Source: an uncultured Chitinophaga sp. (GTDB taxonomy: Bacteria; Bacteroidota; Bacteroidia; NS11-12g; UBA9320). From it: a DNA stretch of 64,000 nucleotides. This document shows positions 19,340 to 29,569 of this stretch, piece after piece (within the stretch, counting starts at the first letter, position 1; each line of letters opens with the position of its first letter). Position numbers and translations under genes: made by a program. The stretch lies in the NCBI GenBank assembly GCA_964617955.1, contig CAZTXB010000014.1, forward strand, positions 8,430-72,429, given 5' to 3'. A model generated the notes under the pieces. The model was given only the letters and a program-made list of their open reading frames with translations, was not told where the DNA came from and did not search any database.

Positions 19340-20518
19340 TTACCAAAGTTTATGCACTTCTACAAGTTGATTCATTTCTATTTTGTGAGTTCCGGCCGGC
19401 ACATAAATAAGTGCGTTGGCCAAAGAGAACGAATGCAGCATAAATGAATCCTGTCCCTCGAGAGGTCTTACCCCTGCTTCATTTGCCCGAGCTCGGATAA
19501 ACTGAGCCCTGCTTTCACGACTTTGAATTGGCGATAACAGATTTAGAAATTCTTTGTCGGGGAATTCTCTGTTAAATCCTTGCATGCGCTTAATGAAAGG
19601 AAGGATATATTCATAGAAGCACACCAGAACTGCCGCCGGGTTGCCGGGTAAAGCAAAGATGTATTTTCCGTTTAACTTGCCACAAAAAAAAGGCTTACCC
19701 GGTTTTTGAGCCACTTTGTAAAAGAGCGTTTCAACGCCAAATTTCATAAGCGTTTCATAAACGAGGTCGTACTTTCCGACAGAAATCCCTCCGGTTAAGA
19801 TTAGAATTTCGGAGAGTTGTAGAGCGGTTTCAATCTTTTTACTCAGGGCCAGTGGCTTGTCCTTCACACGGTAAATTCTTTGTGGTTTAATCCCAAGGTT
19901 AGCCAAGGAGGCCTCCAGAGCAAAGGTATTGGATTCGTATATCTGACCTGATTTTAAAGATTTCCCAGGCATAACCAGCTCATCTCCTGTAGCCAGTAAA
20001 CTCACTTTCGGGTTGTCATAAACTCTGATTTCTTTATAGCCCATGGAAGCGAGATAACTTATAGAAGCAGGATTAAGCAACTGTCCTTTGGCCAGGGCAA
20101 GATCCCCCTTTTTCATCATAGATCCGGTTTTTCTCACAAAATCGCCCTGAGAATAGTTCTGCATAGCCCGTATTTTATGCCCAAACACTTCGACATTTTC
20201 CTGGATGAGGATGGTATCGGCGCCTGCGGGCAATTTTGCCCCTGTAAAAATTCGCATGGCCTCACCAATACCAAGAGCTTTGGTGGGATTTTGACCGGCT
20301 CTGATTTCGCCAATTACTTCAAACGACTTCAAGTCGGGGGTTTGACCTGAAATGGCATAGCCATCCATGGAGGAGTTATCAAAGGCCGGTTGGTGAAAGG
20401 GGCTTAATACATCTTCCGCCAAAATGTGAGATAAGGCCTTCCTTACCCCACATGAAGAGACAATTTGGTTAACCTTTATTTCCTTTAACAATTTTTTTGC
20501 CTCTTCAACGCCAATCAT
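19340..20518 (-). CDS. moeA: Molybdopterin molybdenumtransferase MoeA.
   Basis: The 392-aa protein has a central MoCF_biosynth domain (ILILTGGISVGKYDLV). It is in synteny with moaD/moeB. Confidence 0.85.
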   Translation of the reverse strand: MIGVEEAKKLLKEIKVNQIVSSCGVRKALSHILAEDVLSPFHQPAFDNSSMDGYAISGQTPDLKSFEVIGEIRAGQNPTKALGIGEAMRIFTGAKLPAGADTILIQENVEVFGHKIRAMQNYSQGDFVRKTGSMMKKGDLALAKGQLLNPASISYLASMGYKEIRVYDNPKVSLLATGDELVMPGKSLKSGQIYESNTFALEASLANLGIKPQRIYRVKDKPLALSKKIETALQLSEILILTGGISVGKYDLVYETLMKFGVETLFYKVAQKPGKPFFCGKLNGKYIFALPGNPAAVLVCFYEYILPFIKRMQGFNREFPDKEFLNLLSPIQSRESRAQFIRARANEAGVRPLEGQDSFMLHSFSLANALIYVPAGTHKIEMNQLVEVHKLW

Positions 20519-20826
20519 CGTTCAAATTATTACCTGGGGCAAAGGTAAAACTATTGAATTATAAATGATATTAACTGCAGATTGGCTTTGGGGTTTATAA
20601 AGTGAGGTTTAATGCCTCATCATACACCTTTTAAACTTTCCTGGCGGGATTGATACTCCTTATGACGCTATCATTTGCAAAGACAAATGGCACGCTCAGA
20701 ATTGCGTTTACCAAAAGGTCGTTAATTAGCCAAGTGGCAAAGTGAAGAGGCAAAAATCTTAACAACAAGCCCTTTTAGACTTGTTTTCCGTTTTGTACTT
20801 TTACAAGCCCCGGCAAAACAGCTCAA

Positions 20827-21213
20827 TTAGAAGGGCAAATTTTCTTCCGAAACCACCATTTCCACGCTCTTATTTTTAGGTGCGCTGGCGAACAGGAATT
20901 CAGAAATCACGATTTCCGAAATGTATTTTTTGGTCCCATCCTTTGCCTCATAACTCCGGTTTGAGATTTTGCCTTCGACACAGAGTTTGTCGCCTTTGTT
21001 GACATACTTCTCTACCGTATCGACCAGCTTTCCAAGAGCTACAAGATTGTGCCAGGTAGTTTCTTCCACCAATTCTCCTTTTTGATCCTTGTACTTTTCG
21101 GAGGTGGCGAGGGAGAATTTTGCCGCCTTTTTACCGCTTTCAAAAATTTTAATTTCAGGATCCTGACCTACATTGCCGTAAAGGCGTACCGAATTTCTTA
21201 AATTGTTCATCAT
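20827..21213 (-). CDS. ssb: Single-stranded DNA-binding protein.
   Basis: The OB-fold motifs are present (RLYGNVGQDPEIKIFESGKKAAKFSLATSE...TTWHNLVALGKLV...YVNKGDKLCVEGKISNRSYE). The C-terminus is acidic and ends in ...EENLPF. Confidence 0.85.
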   Translation of the reverse strand: MMNNLRNSVRLYGNVGQDPEIKIFESGKKAAKFSLATSEKYKDQKGELVEETTWHNLVALGKLVDTVEKYVNKGDKLCVEGKISNRSYEAKDGTKKYISEIVISEFLFASAPKNKSVEMVVSEENLPF

Positions 21214-21488
21214 AGTTTTTTTTAGGGTTTACATTAATTTTTATCTTAGGATTAATTCCAAAAGACAAGGCAAAAATTGCTAAACCCATTTAAACTAATC
21301 GGTAAATAATTAATTAAATTCTTTTGTAAGCGTTTGAAAATGTTTAATCCCTTTTATCAAGTTTATTTTTTTGGTTAAATTTGTCGAGTCATGATTAAAA
21401 ACTACCCTTTTATGATGGACTTAAAGTCCGTCTGAAATTGTGAAGATGAATCCATGGCCGGAATAAACTTTGTTTAATTAAACCTATT

Positions 21489-21845
21489 ATGAATGTTAAA
21501 TTTTGCCTTGACTGCGAGTCAAAAATCGTGGGCAGGGCTGACAAAAAGTTTTGCAACGACGCCTGTCGTAACAATTTCAACAACCGTCAAAATTCGGATA
21601 TCAATGCCCGGATGAGAAACATCAACTATGCCTTGCGCAGAAATCGCAGAATTCTCAGCAATATTCTGTCTCAGCCATCGAAAAGGGTTCAGATTCAAGG
21701 ACAAAACCTGATTGCCCTTGGGTTTAGCTTTGAATTTTTTACCCATATACAAAACACCAAGTCCGGAAATGTAAATTATTATTGTTATGAGTTCGGTTAC
21801 AGAAAGCTTGAGAATGGAAACTGCCTTATTTTAAAGAGTCGGTAA
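21489..21845 (+). CDS. Small hypothetical protein with an N-terminal CxxC...CxxxC zinc-ribbon.
   Basis: The 118-aa basic protein has Cys at positions 6/9 and 22/26 (CLDCES...CNDACRNN). Confidence 0.45.
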   Translation: MNVKFCLDCESKIVGRADKKFCNDACRNNFNNRQNSDINARMRNINYALRRNRRILSNILSQPSKRVQIQGQNLIALGFSFEFFTHIQNTKSGNVNYYCYEFGYRKLENGNCLILKSR

Positions 21846-22124
21846 TCCTTAACTTTTTTTGATACCTGCTCAAAAAAAATCTTCATTTTCAAAATAATCA
21901 AGCAAACAATTTAATTCGATAGGCCTTAACCAAATTCCTTATGTATTTGGCATGTATGAACTGTATTTAAATTTATACTTTTGAAAAATGCAAGCGCAGA
22001 AATCGGCATCCAATTGTTATAAGATAAAGCAAAGATTATCGACTAAATTTCATTTTAGGCATTATCATTGCTTTTGGACCTGCAGTGCTTTGTCTCCATT
22101 TAATTTTAAACCATCAGCTCGAGC

Positions 22125-22778
22125 ATGAAAAAATATTTTAAGTTGCAAAACTATATTCTGCTGGTCATAAACTTTATTCCACTTGCAGGGGTTTTATTTT
22201 TCAATTGGAATGCTTTAAGTCTTATTTTATACTATTTCACCGAGACAGTCATGATTGGCTTCATACACCTTATTAAAATGACAGCCTTATATTTCCTTAA
22301 CCATAAAAATCCTGCGGCTCTGGCAGTTGTGAGAACAAACCAAGGTTTAAAGGGATGGTCTTTGTTGCCATTTTTCGTCATACATTTTGGATTTTTTGTA
22401 TTGATCCAGATTGTAATATTCAATGGTTTTGTAGGGCATAAGGCTTGGAGAGAGTGGGCTATTTTAATCAATGGTGAGTTTAGATATGCCCTGGCTAGCT
22501 TGTTTGTAGTTAAAATATTTTACCTCTCGGTGTCACTTTTTTGGGACCATGACTTAAAACTTAAATTACCGGAGGATGTATTTTTCGAACCTTACCCTAG
22601 AATTTTTATACAACAATTCATGGTATTGATAGGGGCTTGGTTTAGCATCTTTAGCGGCAGCATGCTTCCCTTTTTAATTGTCTTGATCCTTTGTAAAACC
22701 CTTTTAGACCTTGCCATAGCCAATTTGGACATCACCTCTTTATTCACCAAAATCCGTTTAAAATCTGATCGCGGTTAA
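22125..22778 (+). CDS. Hypothetical polytopic membrane protein.
   Basis: The 217-aa protein has six or more hydrophobic helices. I recognise no family. Confidence 0.5.
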   Translation: MKKYFKLQNYILLVINFIPLAGVLFFNWNALSLILYYFTETVMIGFIHLIKMTALYFLNHKNPAALAVVRTNQGLKGWSLLPFFVIHFGFFVLIQIVIFNGFVGHKAWREWAILINGEFRYALASLFVVKIFYLSVSLFWDHDLKLKLPEDVFFEPYPRIFIQQFMVLIGAWFSIFSGSMLPFLIVLILCKTLLDLAIANLDITSLFTKIRLKSDRG

Positions 22779-22787
22779 AAAATAGTT

Positions 22788-23939
22788 CTAATTGGATATT
22801 TCCAGAGCAGCATCAATATACAAATTTATATCTTTGGGATGGCCGTTTATTTTGGCCTGGCTTCGCTTTCTGCCCAATCTTACCACTACCATGTTTTTAT
22901 CGGGAATGTCAATGATATATTGGCCATTGATTCCCCTTGCATAGAAAATATCATGCCCTTTGTATTTCATAATCCACCATTGGTAGCCATAAAGGTGATT
23001 AGCCTCGCCACTTAATTGCAAGTTAGGATAGGGCGTTATGCTGCTCCGAAAATAGGCGTAGGAAATAAGGGTATCCTGATTCCAAATGCCTTTTTGCAAC
23101 ATGAGCTGCCCGACTTTTGCAAAATCGCGTGCGTTGCTGTGAAAACAACAGAAGGCTTTTTCCATACCATTGGCTCTATCCAGGCTCCAAAAGGCAGGCT
23201 GCTCAGCTCCTATTTTTCTCCATAATTTCTTTGAGGCATATTCACTCAAGCTCATGCCGGTGGCCTTTGTGAGTATAAAGCCTAGCACCTGAGTATTGCC
23301 ACTGAGGTAGATAAAATGTTTCCCGGGTAAATTATTGACTCTGTATTTTTTATTTAGTCTTTCCAAATCAGTTCCATATAGCGACTTGGCATTATAACCG
23401 TAGGGGTTCGCGTATTGTTCTTTAAAATTGATACCGGAACTCATGCTTAGCAAATGTTTAATTTTTAAACCTGTATTTTTAAATTCGGGCAAAAAATCGC
23501 CGGCGTATTGCTCCACACTTTCAATTTTCCCCTCCTTAATGGCACAACCTACAAGCAATGAAACAATAGACTTGGCCAAACTCCATGAATTGGTCTCGGA
23601 CTTGGCGCCATATCCCGACCAATACTTTTCATACCTCACTTTTCCATCTTTTGTTACCAAAAAAGCCAAGGTTTGGTATTTCTCCATTTCCTGTATCCTT
23701 GAGTCATCGATTTTGTACTTACCAAAAAGCGAATCCATGGCCCAGGGTTGGGGTTTTCCTGTGGCTATTTTCCTTGTAGAAAAAAGCAATCTGGTATCCA
23801 CCGAGGGTCCCAATCTTCCTTTGAGAATCGTGCTTCCAAGCGTTTTAAAAATATGGGTATTAGAGGTCAGGTAAGCATGGGCTACAAAGAGTATAGATAT
23901 GATAAAAATCCATTTTAAAAAGGTAAAGAATCGTTTCAT
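22788..23939 (-). CDS. Serine hydrolase of the beta-lactamase/PBP-like family.
   Basis: An N-terminal membrane anchor is present. The motifs are S-x-x-K (SWSLAKS) and HLYGYQWWIMKYKGHDIFYARGINGQYI, typical of class-C-like serine hydrolases. Confidence 0.75.
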   Translation of the reverse strand: MKRFFTFLKWIFIISILFVAHAYLTSNTHIFKTLGSTILKGRLGPSVDTRLLFSTRKIATGKPQPWAMDSLFGKYKIDDSRIQEMEKYQTLAFLVTKDGKVRYEKYWSGYGAKSETNSWSLAKSIVSLLVGCAIKEGKIESVEQYAGDFLPEFKNTGLKIKHLLSMSSGINFKEQYANPYGYNAKSLYGTDLERLNKKYRVNNLPGKHFIYLSGNTQVLGFILTKATGMSLSEYASKKLWRKIGAEQPAFWSLDRANGMEKAFCCFHSNARDFAKVGQLMLQKGIWNQDTLISYAYFRSSITPYPNLQLSGEANHLYGYQWWIMKYKGHDIFYARGINGQYIIDIPDKNMVVVRLGRKRSQAKINGHPKDINLYIDAALEISN

Positions 23940-24189
23940 GGGATAATTTCTTGTCGTACTTTGGGTTCAAAATTAAGGTAATAATTAAATAATGATGCTT
24001 ATACCTTTAGATAGAACAAAAACCAGAACCGTTTTAAAAAAAAGAACCGGTCTTTCTGATTAGCAAAGCCCCCACTCAGGTCAAAATTTTTTTTTGTTTT
24101 TATTATTTTTTGTTTTCCTTTGATTGGCGCATTGAAAATTAGGGATTAACGATTATTCCTTTTCTTTTATAACAATTCTAATTTCTTGA

Positions 24190-26322
24190 ATGATGAAAAT
24201 TTACGACGAAAAACACATTAAAAATCTGGCCTTGGTAGGAGCTCACAAAAGTGGGAAAACCACCCTTGCGGAAACTATGCTTTTTGAGGCCGGTATTATC
24301 AATCGCAGAGGAACGGTTGAGGCCAAAAACACGGTATCGGATTACCATCAGGTTGAACAAGACAGGGAAACCACGCTTTTTGCAACACCACTGCACACCG
24401 AATGGAGGAATTATAAAATTAATTTAATAGACACACCCGGGCTCGACGATTTTATAGGTGAAATTGCCTCCACCATGCGCATTGCCGATACCATAGCCAT
24501 GGTGGTGAATGCGGTTCACGGAGTGGAAGTGGGTACAGAAATCATATGGGATTATATAGATAAAATGGGCAAGCCCACGCTGTTTGTGGTCAATCAAATC
24601 GACCACCCTAATGCCAATTTCGAAGACACCGTACAATCTATAAAGAATGCTTTTGGCAAAAACGCCATGTTAATGCAGTATCCCATCAAGGTTGGTGGCA
24701 ATATAGCAATTGTCGATGTCTTGAAAATGCAGGCATACAAATTTGGACCACAGGGCGGCAAACCCGAAAAAATTCCGATTCCCGCAGAGGAAACTGAGAA
24801 AGCAGAGGCCTTGCATAACGAATTGGTAGAAAAGGCCGCTGAAAACGACGAGCAACTGATGGAACTCTTTTTTGAAAAAGGCACGTTAAATGAAGAGGAG
24901 ATGAGGGAAGGAATAAAGCAAGGCATGTTGCACCATGAATTGTTCCCTATTTTCAGTGTGTCGGCCTTGCTCGATATGGGCAGTGGCCGACTGATGGGAT
25001 TTATCGACAACGTGGCCCCGGCGGCGTCTGAATTAAAGCCTGAACAAAGTATAGAAGGAGATGAAATTAAATGTGTGCCAAACGCGCCGGTGGCTTTATT
25101 TATTTTTAAAACGCTTTTTGAGCCCAACTTAGGCCAGATCAGTTTCTTTAAAGTTAAATCGGGTGAAATAAAACCGGGCGACAAAGTCATCAACTCCAGA
25201 ACCGGTGAGGAGCAAACCATCAACCAGCTCTTTATTATGGATGGCAATAAGCGGGAGCCTGTATTAAAATTGAGCTCAGGCGATATTGGGGCTGCTTTAA
25301 AGTTAAAACAGACTGAAACCAACGACACCCTTCACGCCCCTAATAAAAAGATCAGTATACTTCCAATTCAATTCCCTGAGCCAAGAATGCATAAAGCCAT
25401 TTCGGCTCTTAATAAAAAAGATGAGGAGAGAATGAGTGAAGTCTTGAAAAAAATCCACATCCAGGACCCAACCGTTCAGGTTTCATTCAACAGCGAAGTA
25501 AGGCAACTCTTTGTGGGATGCCAGGGCGAGTTGCACCTGTCGATCGTAGAGTGGATCCTCAACCACGAATACACGATTGATGTGGAGTTTCTCGCCCCCA
25601 AAATATCTTATAGGGAAACCATACAACGCTCATCTACAGCCAGCTACCGTCATAAAAAACAATCAGGGGGGTCGGGTCAATACGGCGAGGTTCATTTAAA
25701 AATCGAACCCTATACCGAAGGAATGCCTGAACCTCAGGGTTTTCAATTGAGAGGCAAAGAGGAAATCCCATTGCCATGGGGAGGGGTTCTGGTATTCTAC
25801 AATTGTATCGTAGGAGGGGTTATTGATATGCGCTTTTTGCCTTCTATACGGAAAGGAATTATGGAGGTAATGGAAAATGGGCCCATTACAGGCTCGCACG
25901 CAAGAGACATCAGGGTCATGGTGTTTGACGGTAAAATGCACCCGGTGGATTCAAACGACATCGCATTTAAAATAGCCGGAGGGCATGCTTTTAAAGAGGC
26001 TTTTCTCAATGCCAGTCCAAGGTTGCTTGAGCCGATTCAGGACTTGGAGGTGAAAGTGCCCGATGAGCTCATGGGAGATATTATTACCGATCTGCAGAGT
26101 CGCCGATCCATCATTTTAGGCATGGAAGGAGCTGGCCATTATCAGGTAATTAAAGCCAAAACACCATTGGCTGAGCTTTACCAATATTCGACCACTTTGC
26201 GCTCACTTACCCAAGGCAAAGGATCTTTCACCAATAAATTTTCCGGATACAGCCATGTTCCCCAAAATATTCAGGAAGAACTCTTAAAATCGCATAGTGC
26301 GGCCGCTTCAACTTCGGAATAA
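24190..26322 (+). CDS. Elongation factor G-family translational GTPase (an EF-G paralog).
   Basis: The G1 motif GAHKSGKTT, the DTPG motif and an NQID variant of NKxD are present. The 710-aa five-domain length is EF-G-like. Confidence 0.85.
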   Translation: MMKIYDEKHIKNLALVGAHKSGKTTLAETMLFEAGIINRRGTVEAKNTVSDYHQVEQDRETTLFATPLHTEWRNYKINLIDTPGLDDFIGEIASTMRIADTIAMVVNAVHGVEVGTEIIWDYIDKMGKPTLFVVNQIDHPNANFEDTVQSIKNAFGKNAMLMQYPIKVGGNIAIVDVLKMQAYKFGPQGGKPEKIPIPAEETEKAEALHNELVEKAAENDEQLMELFFEKGTLNEEEMREGIKQGMLHHELFPIFSVSALLDMGSGRLMGFIDNVAPAASELKPEQSIEGDEIKCVPNAPVALFIFKTLFEPNLGQISFFKVKSGEIKPGDKVINSRTGEEQTINQLFIMDGNKREPVLKLSSGDIGAALKLKQTETNDTLHAPNKKISILPIQFPEPRMHKAISALNKKDEERMSEVLKKIHIQDPTVQVSFNSEVRQLFVGCQGELHLSIVEWILNHEYTIDVEFLAPKISYRETIQRSSTASYRHKKQSGGSGQYGEVHLKIEPYTEGMPEPQGFQLRGKEEIPLPWGGVLVFYNCIVGGVIDMRFLPSIRKGIMEVMENGPITGSHARDIRVMVFDGKMHPVDSNDIAFKIAGGHAFKEAFLNASPRLLEPIQDLEVKVPDELMGDIITDLQSRRSIILGMEGAGHYQVIKAKTPLAELYQYSTTLRSLTQGKGSFTNKFSGYSHVPQNIQEELLKSHSAAASTSE

Positions 26323-27295
26323 CATTAAGAGGTCAATCGCTGGATGCAACTATCTGGTGCTTGCAATCTGCCTTGGCGCTTGTGTAGAAAAGGCGCCAAA
26401 AAGTAGTAACAATAGCTGCCAACTGATAGTGTTAGGTAATATCCAGGATGGGGGTTCTCCCCATATAGGATGTAAAAAAAAATGCTGTGAAAACTTATTC
26501 CTTCATCCTGATGTTTCGCGCAAAGTAGTTTGCTTAGGACTGATAGACCATAAAATACACACATCATGGCTTTTTGAAGCCACTCCCGATATAGGCGAAC
26601 AATTCAAATTTTTGAAGAAGGCGGTTTTTGAAAACTTTAAAACCGAAAACGGGCTTAACAAAATTCCTGAAGGTATTTTCCTCACCCATGCACACATTGG
26701 ACACTATTCCGGTTTGATGTATTTGGGCAAGGAGGCTATGGGAGCTAAAGGTGCGCAGGTTTATGCCATGCCCCGAATGAAACAATTTTTGGAAGCAAAT
26801 GGCCCCTGGAGTCAGCTGGTGGAGCAAAAAAATATCATTCTATCCATTCTTCAGGCAGATAGCCAAGTTCGTTTAAGTTCACAAATAAGCATTCTGCCGT
26901 TTCTGGTTCCACATCGCGACGAATATTCGGAAACCGTAGGTTATAAAATTACCGGACCGACTAAAAAGGCCTTGTTTATTCCCGACATTAATAAGTGGGA
27001 ATTATGGGACCGAAGCATTATAGAAGAGATTAAATCCGTTGATTATGCCTTTTTGGATGCTACTTTTTTCGATGGTAAGGAACTCAACACCCGAGATCTT
27101 TCCCAAATCCCTCATCCATTTGTAGTGGAAAGCTTAGAACTTTTTAAAAACCTGGTTCCTGAAGAAAAAAGCAAAATTTACTTCATCCACTTTAACCACA
27201 CCAACCCCTTGATAAATCCAAACAGTAAAGAGCGAAAACTGATAGAAAAACTAGGCTTTCATGTAGCCGGATTTGGAGAAAAGTTCTCACTTTAA
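26297..27295 (+). CDS. MBL-fold metallo-hydrolase lipoprotein (PqqB-like).
   Basis: The lipobox is LAICLGAC. The metal-binding motif is HAHIGHYSGL. The ORF overlaps the EF-G 3' end by 26 nt. Confidence 0.7.
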   Translation: MRPLQLRNNIKRSIAGCNYLVLAICLGACVEKAPKSSNNSCQLIVLGNIQDGGSPHIGCKKKCCENLFLHPDVSRKVVCLGLIDHKIHTSWLFEATPDIGEQFKFLKKAVFENFKTENGLNKIPEGIFLTHAHIGHYSGLMYLGKEAMGAKGAQVYAMPRMKQFLEANGPWSQLVEQKNIILSILQADSQVRLSSQISILPFLVPHRDEYSETVGYKITGPTKKALFIPDINKWELWDRSIIEEIKSVDYAFLDATFFDGKELNTRDLSQIPHPFVVESLELFKNLVPEEKSKIYFIHFNHTNPLINPNSKERKLIEKLGFHVAGFGEKFSL

Positions 27296-27334
27296 TTTAG
27301 GCTTAAGAGGTGATGTTGGAGAATTATTAAGTAA

Positions 27335-28363
27335 TCAGGCCTTTAAGTCGATTTGATTAAGCACAACTTCAACTTCAGCGAGCATGTCCTCTGAAATGTC
27401 AAGATGGGTAACAAACCGCACCCAACCTCCTCCTGTAGAGGCCGCCAGAATATTTTTTTCTTTTAAGGATTTTAGGAACGACTCGGCTAAGGCTATGGAA
27501 GGCGTTTTGAAAAGAACGATATTGGTTTCTACCGGCATCACCTCTTCAACATAACCGAGCTTTTGCAATGCCTTTTCCAGATAAATGGCCTTGGCATGGT
27601 CTTGTTCAAGTCGTCCAACATGATTTTGCAAGGCATAAATCGCAGCAGAGGCCAAATATCCAACCTGCCTCATTCCCCCGCCAAATCTTTTCCTATGCTT
27701 TGCAGCCCCTTTTATCAAATCTGAGTTCCCAACCAAAACCGAACCCACGGGGCAACCTAACCCTTTGCTGAAACAAACCGATATACTGTCGAAATACCTT
27801 GCATAGTGTTTTGGGTTTTGGCCGGTTTTTATCAAGGCATTCCAAAGTCTGGCCCCATCAAGATGTGTTTTTAAGCTGTTTTCGTGAGCGGTCCTACATA
27901 CCGACTCCAATTGCATTTCAGACCAGCAAATACCCCCGCCTTTATTCACCGTGTTTTCAATACACAGCAATGAAGTTCTTGGAAAATGCGCATCCTCTTT
28001 ATTAATATTTTCTAAGACATCTTCTGATTTAAAAATACCCCTTTCTCCATTGAGTAGTCGAACAGAAGCACCGGAGTGAAAAGCGATACCCCCTCCTTCA
28101 TAGCGGTAAACATGAGCCGTTTGGTCGCAAATAATCTCATCACCCGGCTGGGTATGGCATTTTATAGCTACCTGATTGGCCATGGTACCACTTGGAAAAA
28201 ACAAGCCATCTTCCATGCCAAAAAATTCAGCGCATAGCTTTTGTAAGGCATTTACTGTTGGATCGTCTCCGAATACATCATCACCTACTGAAGCATGAAA
28301 CATGGCCTCTTTCATGGCAGGAGTTGGTCGGGTTACCGTGTCACTTCTAAGGTCAATAAGCAT
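27335..28363 (-). CDS. ltaE: Low-specificity L-threonine aldolase.
   Basis: It starts [21 protein letters not shown]...[15 protein letters not shown], followed by the PLP motif [13 protein letters not shown]. Confidence 0.85.
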   Translation of the reverse strand: MLIDLRSDTVTRPTPAMKEAMFHASVGDDVFGDDPTVNALQKLCAEFFGMEDGLFFPSGTMANQVAIKCHTQPGDEIICDQTAHVYRYEGGGIAFHSGASVRLLNGERGIFKSEDVLENINKEDAHFPRTSLLCIENTVNKGGGICWSEMQLESVCRTAHENSLKTHLDGARLWNALIKTGQNPKHYARYFDSISVCFSKGLGCPVGSVLVGNSDLIKGAAKHRKRFGGGMRQVGYLASAAIYALQNHVGRLEQDHAKAIYLEKALQKLGYVEEVMPVETNIVLFKTPSIALAESFLKSLKEKNILAASTGGGWVRFVTHLDISEDMLAEVEVVLNQIDLKA

Positions 28364-28461
28364 GATGGTTCTAAAATTTTACGATGATACAAATATATAT
28401 CTAAGGCTATGGAATACTAAAAATTTGAATACTCCTTTTTTATTTTAGATTTGAGGCCATT

Positions 28462-29523
28462 ATGCGCAAAATAATTCTTTGTTTTTTAAGCCTTTCATCC
28501 CTGATCGCAAATGGTCAGGCCGAGAAACCGGAAACCATCCCCGGTAAGTTGGAGCAAAAATATTGTAAAGCCCGTATCGATGGAATGAGCCCTAATAAAA
28601 TACTTTCAATTGGATGGGACAGGGAGTTTGCCCAGGACCTCAAATCTTCGCCTCTTGGCTCCTATCAGGATGACGAGGCGGTTCAATACACAGAAAAATA
28701 CAGTTTTAAAAAGGTGTCAGGGGCTCGATTTAGTTTGAAACTTCCTCTGATCAATAAACCAAAAAGGGTGTGGTTAATTGGATTTAATTACCTGGAGGCC
28801 AATTTAGAAGTCATTCCCGATAAGACCGAAAAAATTTCAAACAGTTTAAACTCATCCTTTGGTGGAGAATTAAATAAATTGAGAAGTACGGGAATGAATA
28901 CTTCATTTTTCCAACCTTTAAGTGCCAAAACCTTCGTCACCTTTTTAGCCTCCGTAGACTTAAATGGCGATGCCGGCCTCAAAAATATTGGCCCTTTAAA
29001 GTATGCGAAATTGACCATGGCTGCCCTCTACGGTAAAAGGCCTCATGACCGAAAAAATTGGGCCATTGGTCTCTCCCGTGGATACCAGGGAGGCATAGCT
29101 ACCATTCTCCCATTGATTATGTACAACTACACTGCACCTAACATGAAATGGGGTCTCGAATTTTTAATCCCGACAAGAGCCTGGTACAGATATAACTTTA
29201 ATAAAAATAATTTGCTGAGGGCCGGATTCGAACTGGAAGGAGCCAGTTATAGGCTTTTGAATACCAATTCATCACTAAACCATATGGAATTGCGAAAAGG
29301 TCAGCTGAGATTAAAATTAGAATATCAGAGAAAAATATATGGTCCGGTTTGGGCATCGGTTCAGACGGGATATGCCAATATACTCAACTATAATCTTGAT
29401 TATTTAGGGTCCGATAAAAACGATTTTCACAGAGGAATTTTCGGAAAGGATAAATATGCCCTCCTGAACAAACTTTCAAATTTTATGTTCATCAACTTTA
29501 GTCTGAATGTTGTGACCTTGTAA
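28462..29523 (+). CDS. Hypothetical secreted protein, possibly an outer-membrane beta-barrel.
   Basis: The signal peptide is MRKIILCFLSLSSLIANGQA. The protein has alternating hydrophobic beta-strand patterns and is aromatic-rich. I recognise no family. Confidence 0.5.
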   Translation: MRKIILCFLSLSSLIANGQAEKPETIPGKLEQKYCKARIDGMSPNKILSIGWDREFAQDLKSSPLGSYQDDEAVQYTEKYSFKKVSGARFSLKLPLINKPKRVWLIGFNYLEANLEVIPDKTEKISNSLNSSFGGELNKLRSTGMNTSFFQPLSAKTFVTFLASVDLNGDAGLKNIGPLKYAKLTMAALYGKRPHDRKNWAIGLSRGYQGGIATILPLIMYNYTAPNMKWGLEFLIPTRAWYRYNFNKNNLLRAGFELEGASYRLLNTNSSLNHMELRKGQLRLKLEYQRKIYGPVWASVQTGYANILNYNLDYLGSDKNDFHRGIFGKDKYALLNKLSNFMFINFSLNVVTL

Positions 29524-29569
29524 GCTCAAATCGCTTACATTTGAAAGTTTATAGTTTTTATAAATTTTC

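Noticed and set aside
20761-20800. Weak hairpin aacaag…cttgtt downstream of ssb.
   Set aside because: The stem is only 6 bp with a 10-nt loop and a poor U-tract on the relevant strand. This is not convincing as a terminator.
24594-25328. 244-aa ORF on the minus strand.
   Set aside because: It lies entirely antisense within the well-supported EF-G-like CDS. It is serine-rich and low-complexity with no recognisable domain, so it is an antisense frame artefact.
29215-29240. tRNA-like T-arm string (ggattcgaac).
   Set aside because: It lies inside a confidently coding frame (…AGFELEG…) with no cloverleaf context, so it is not a tRNA.
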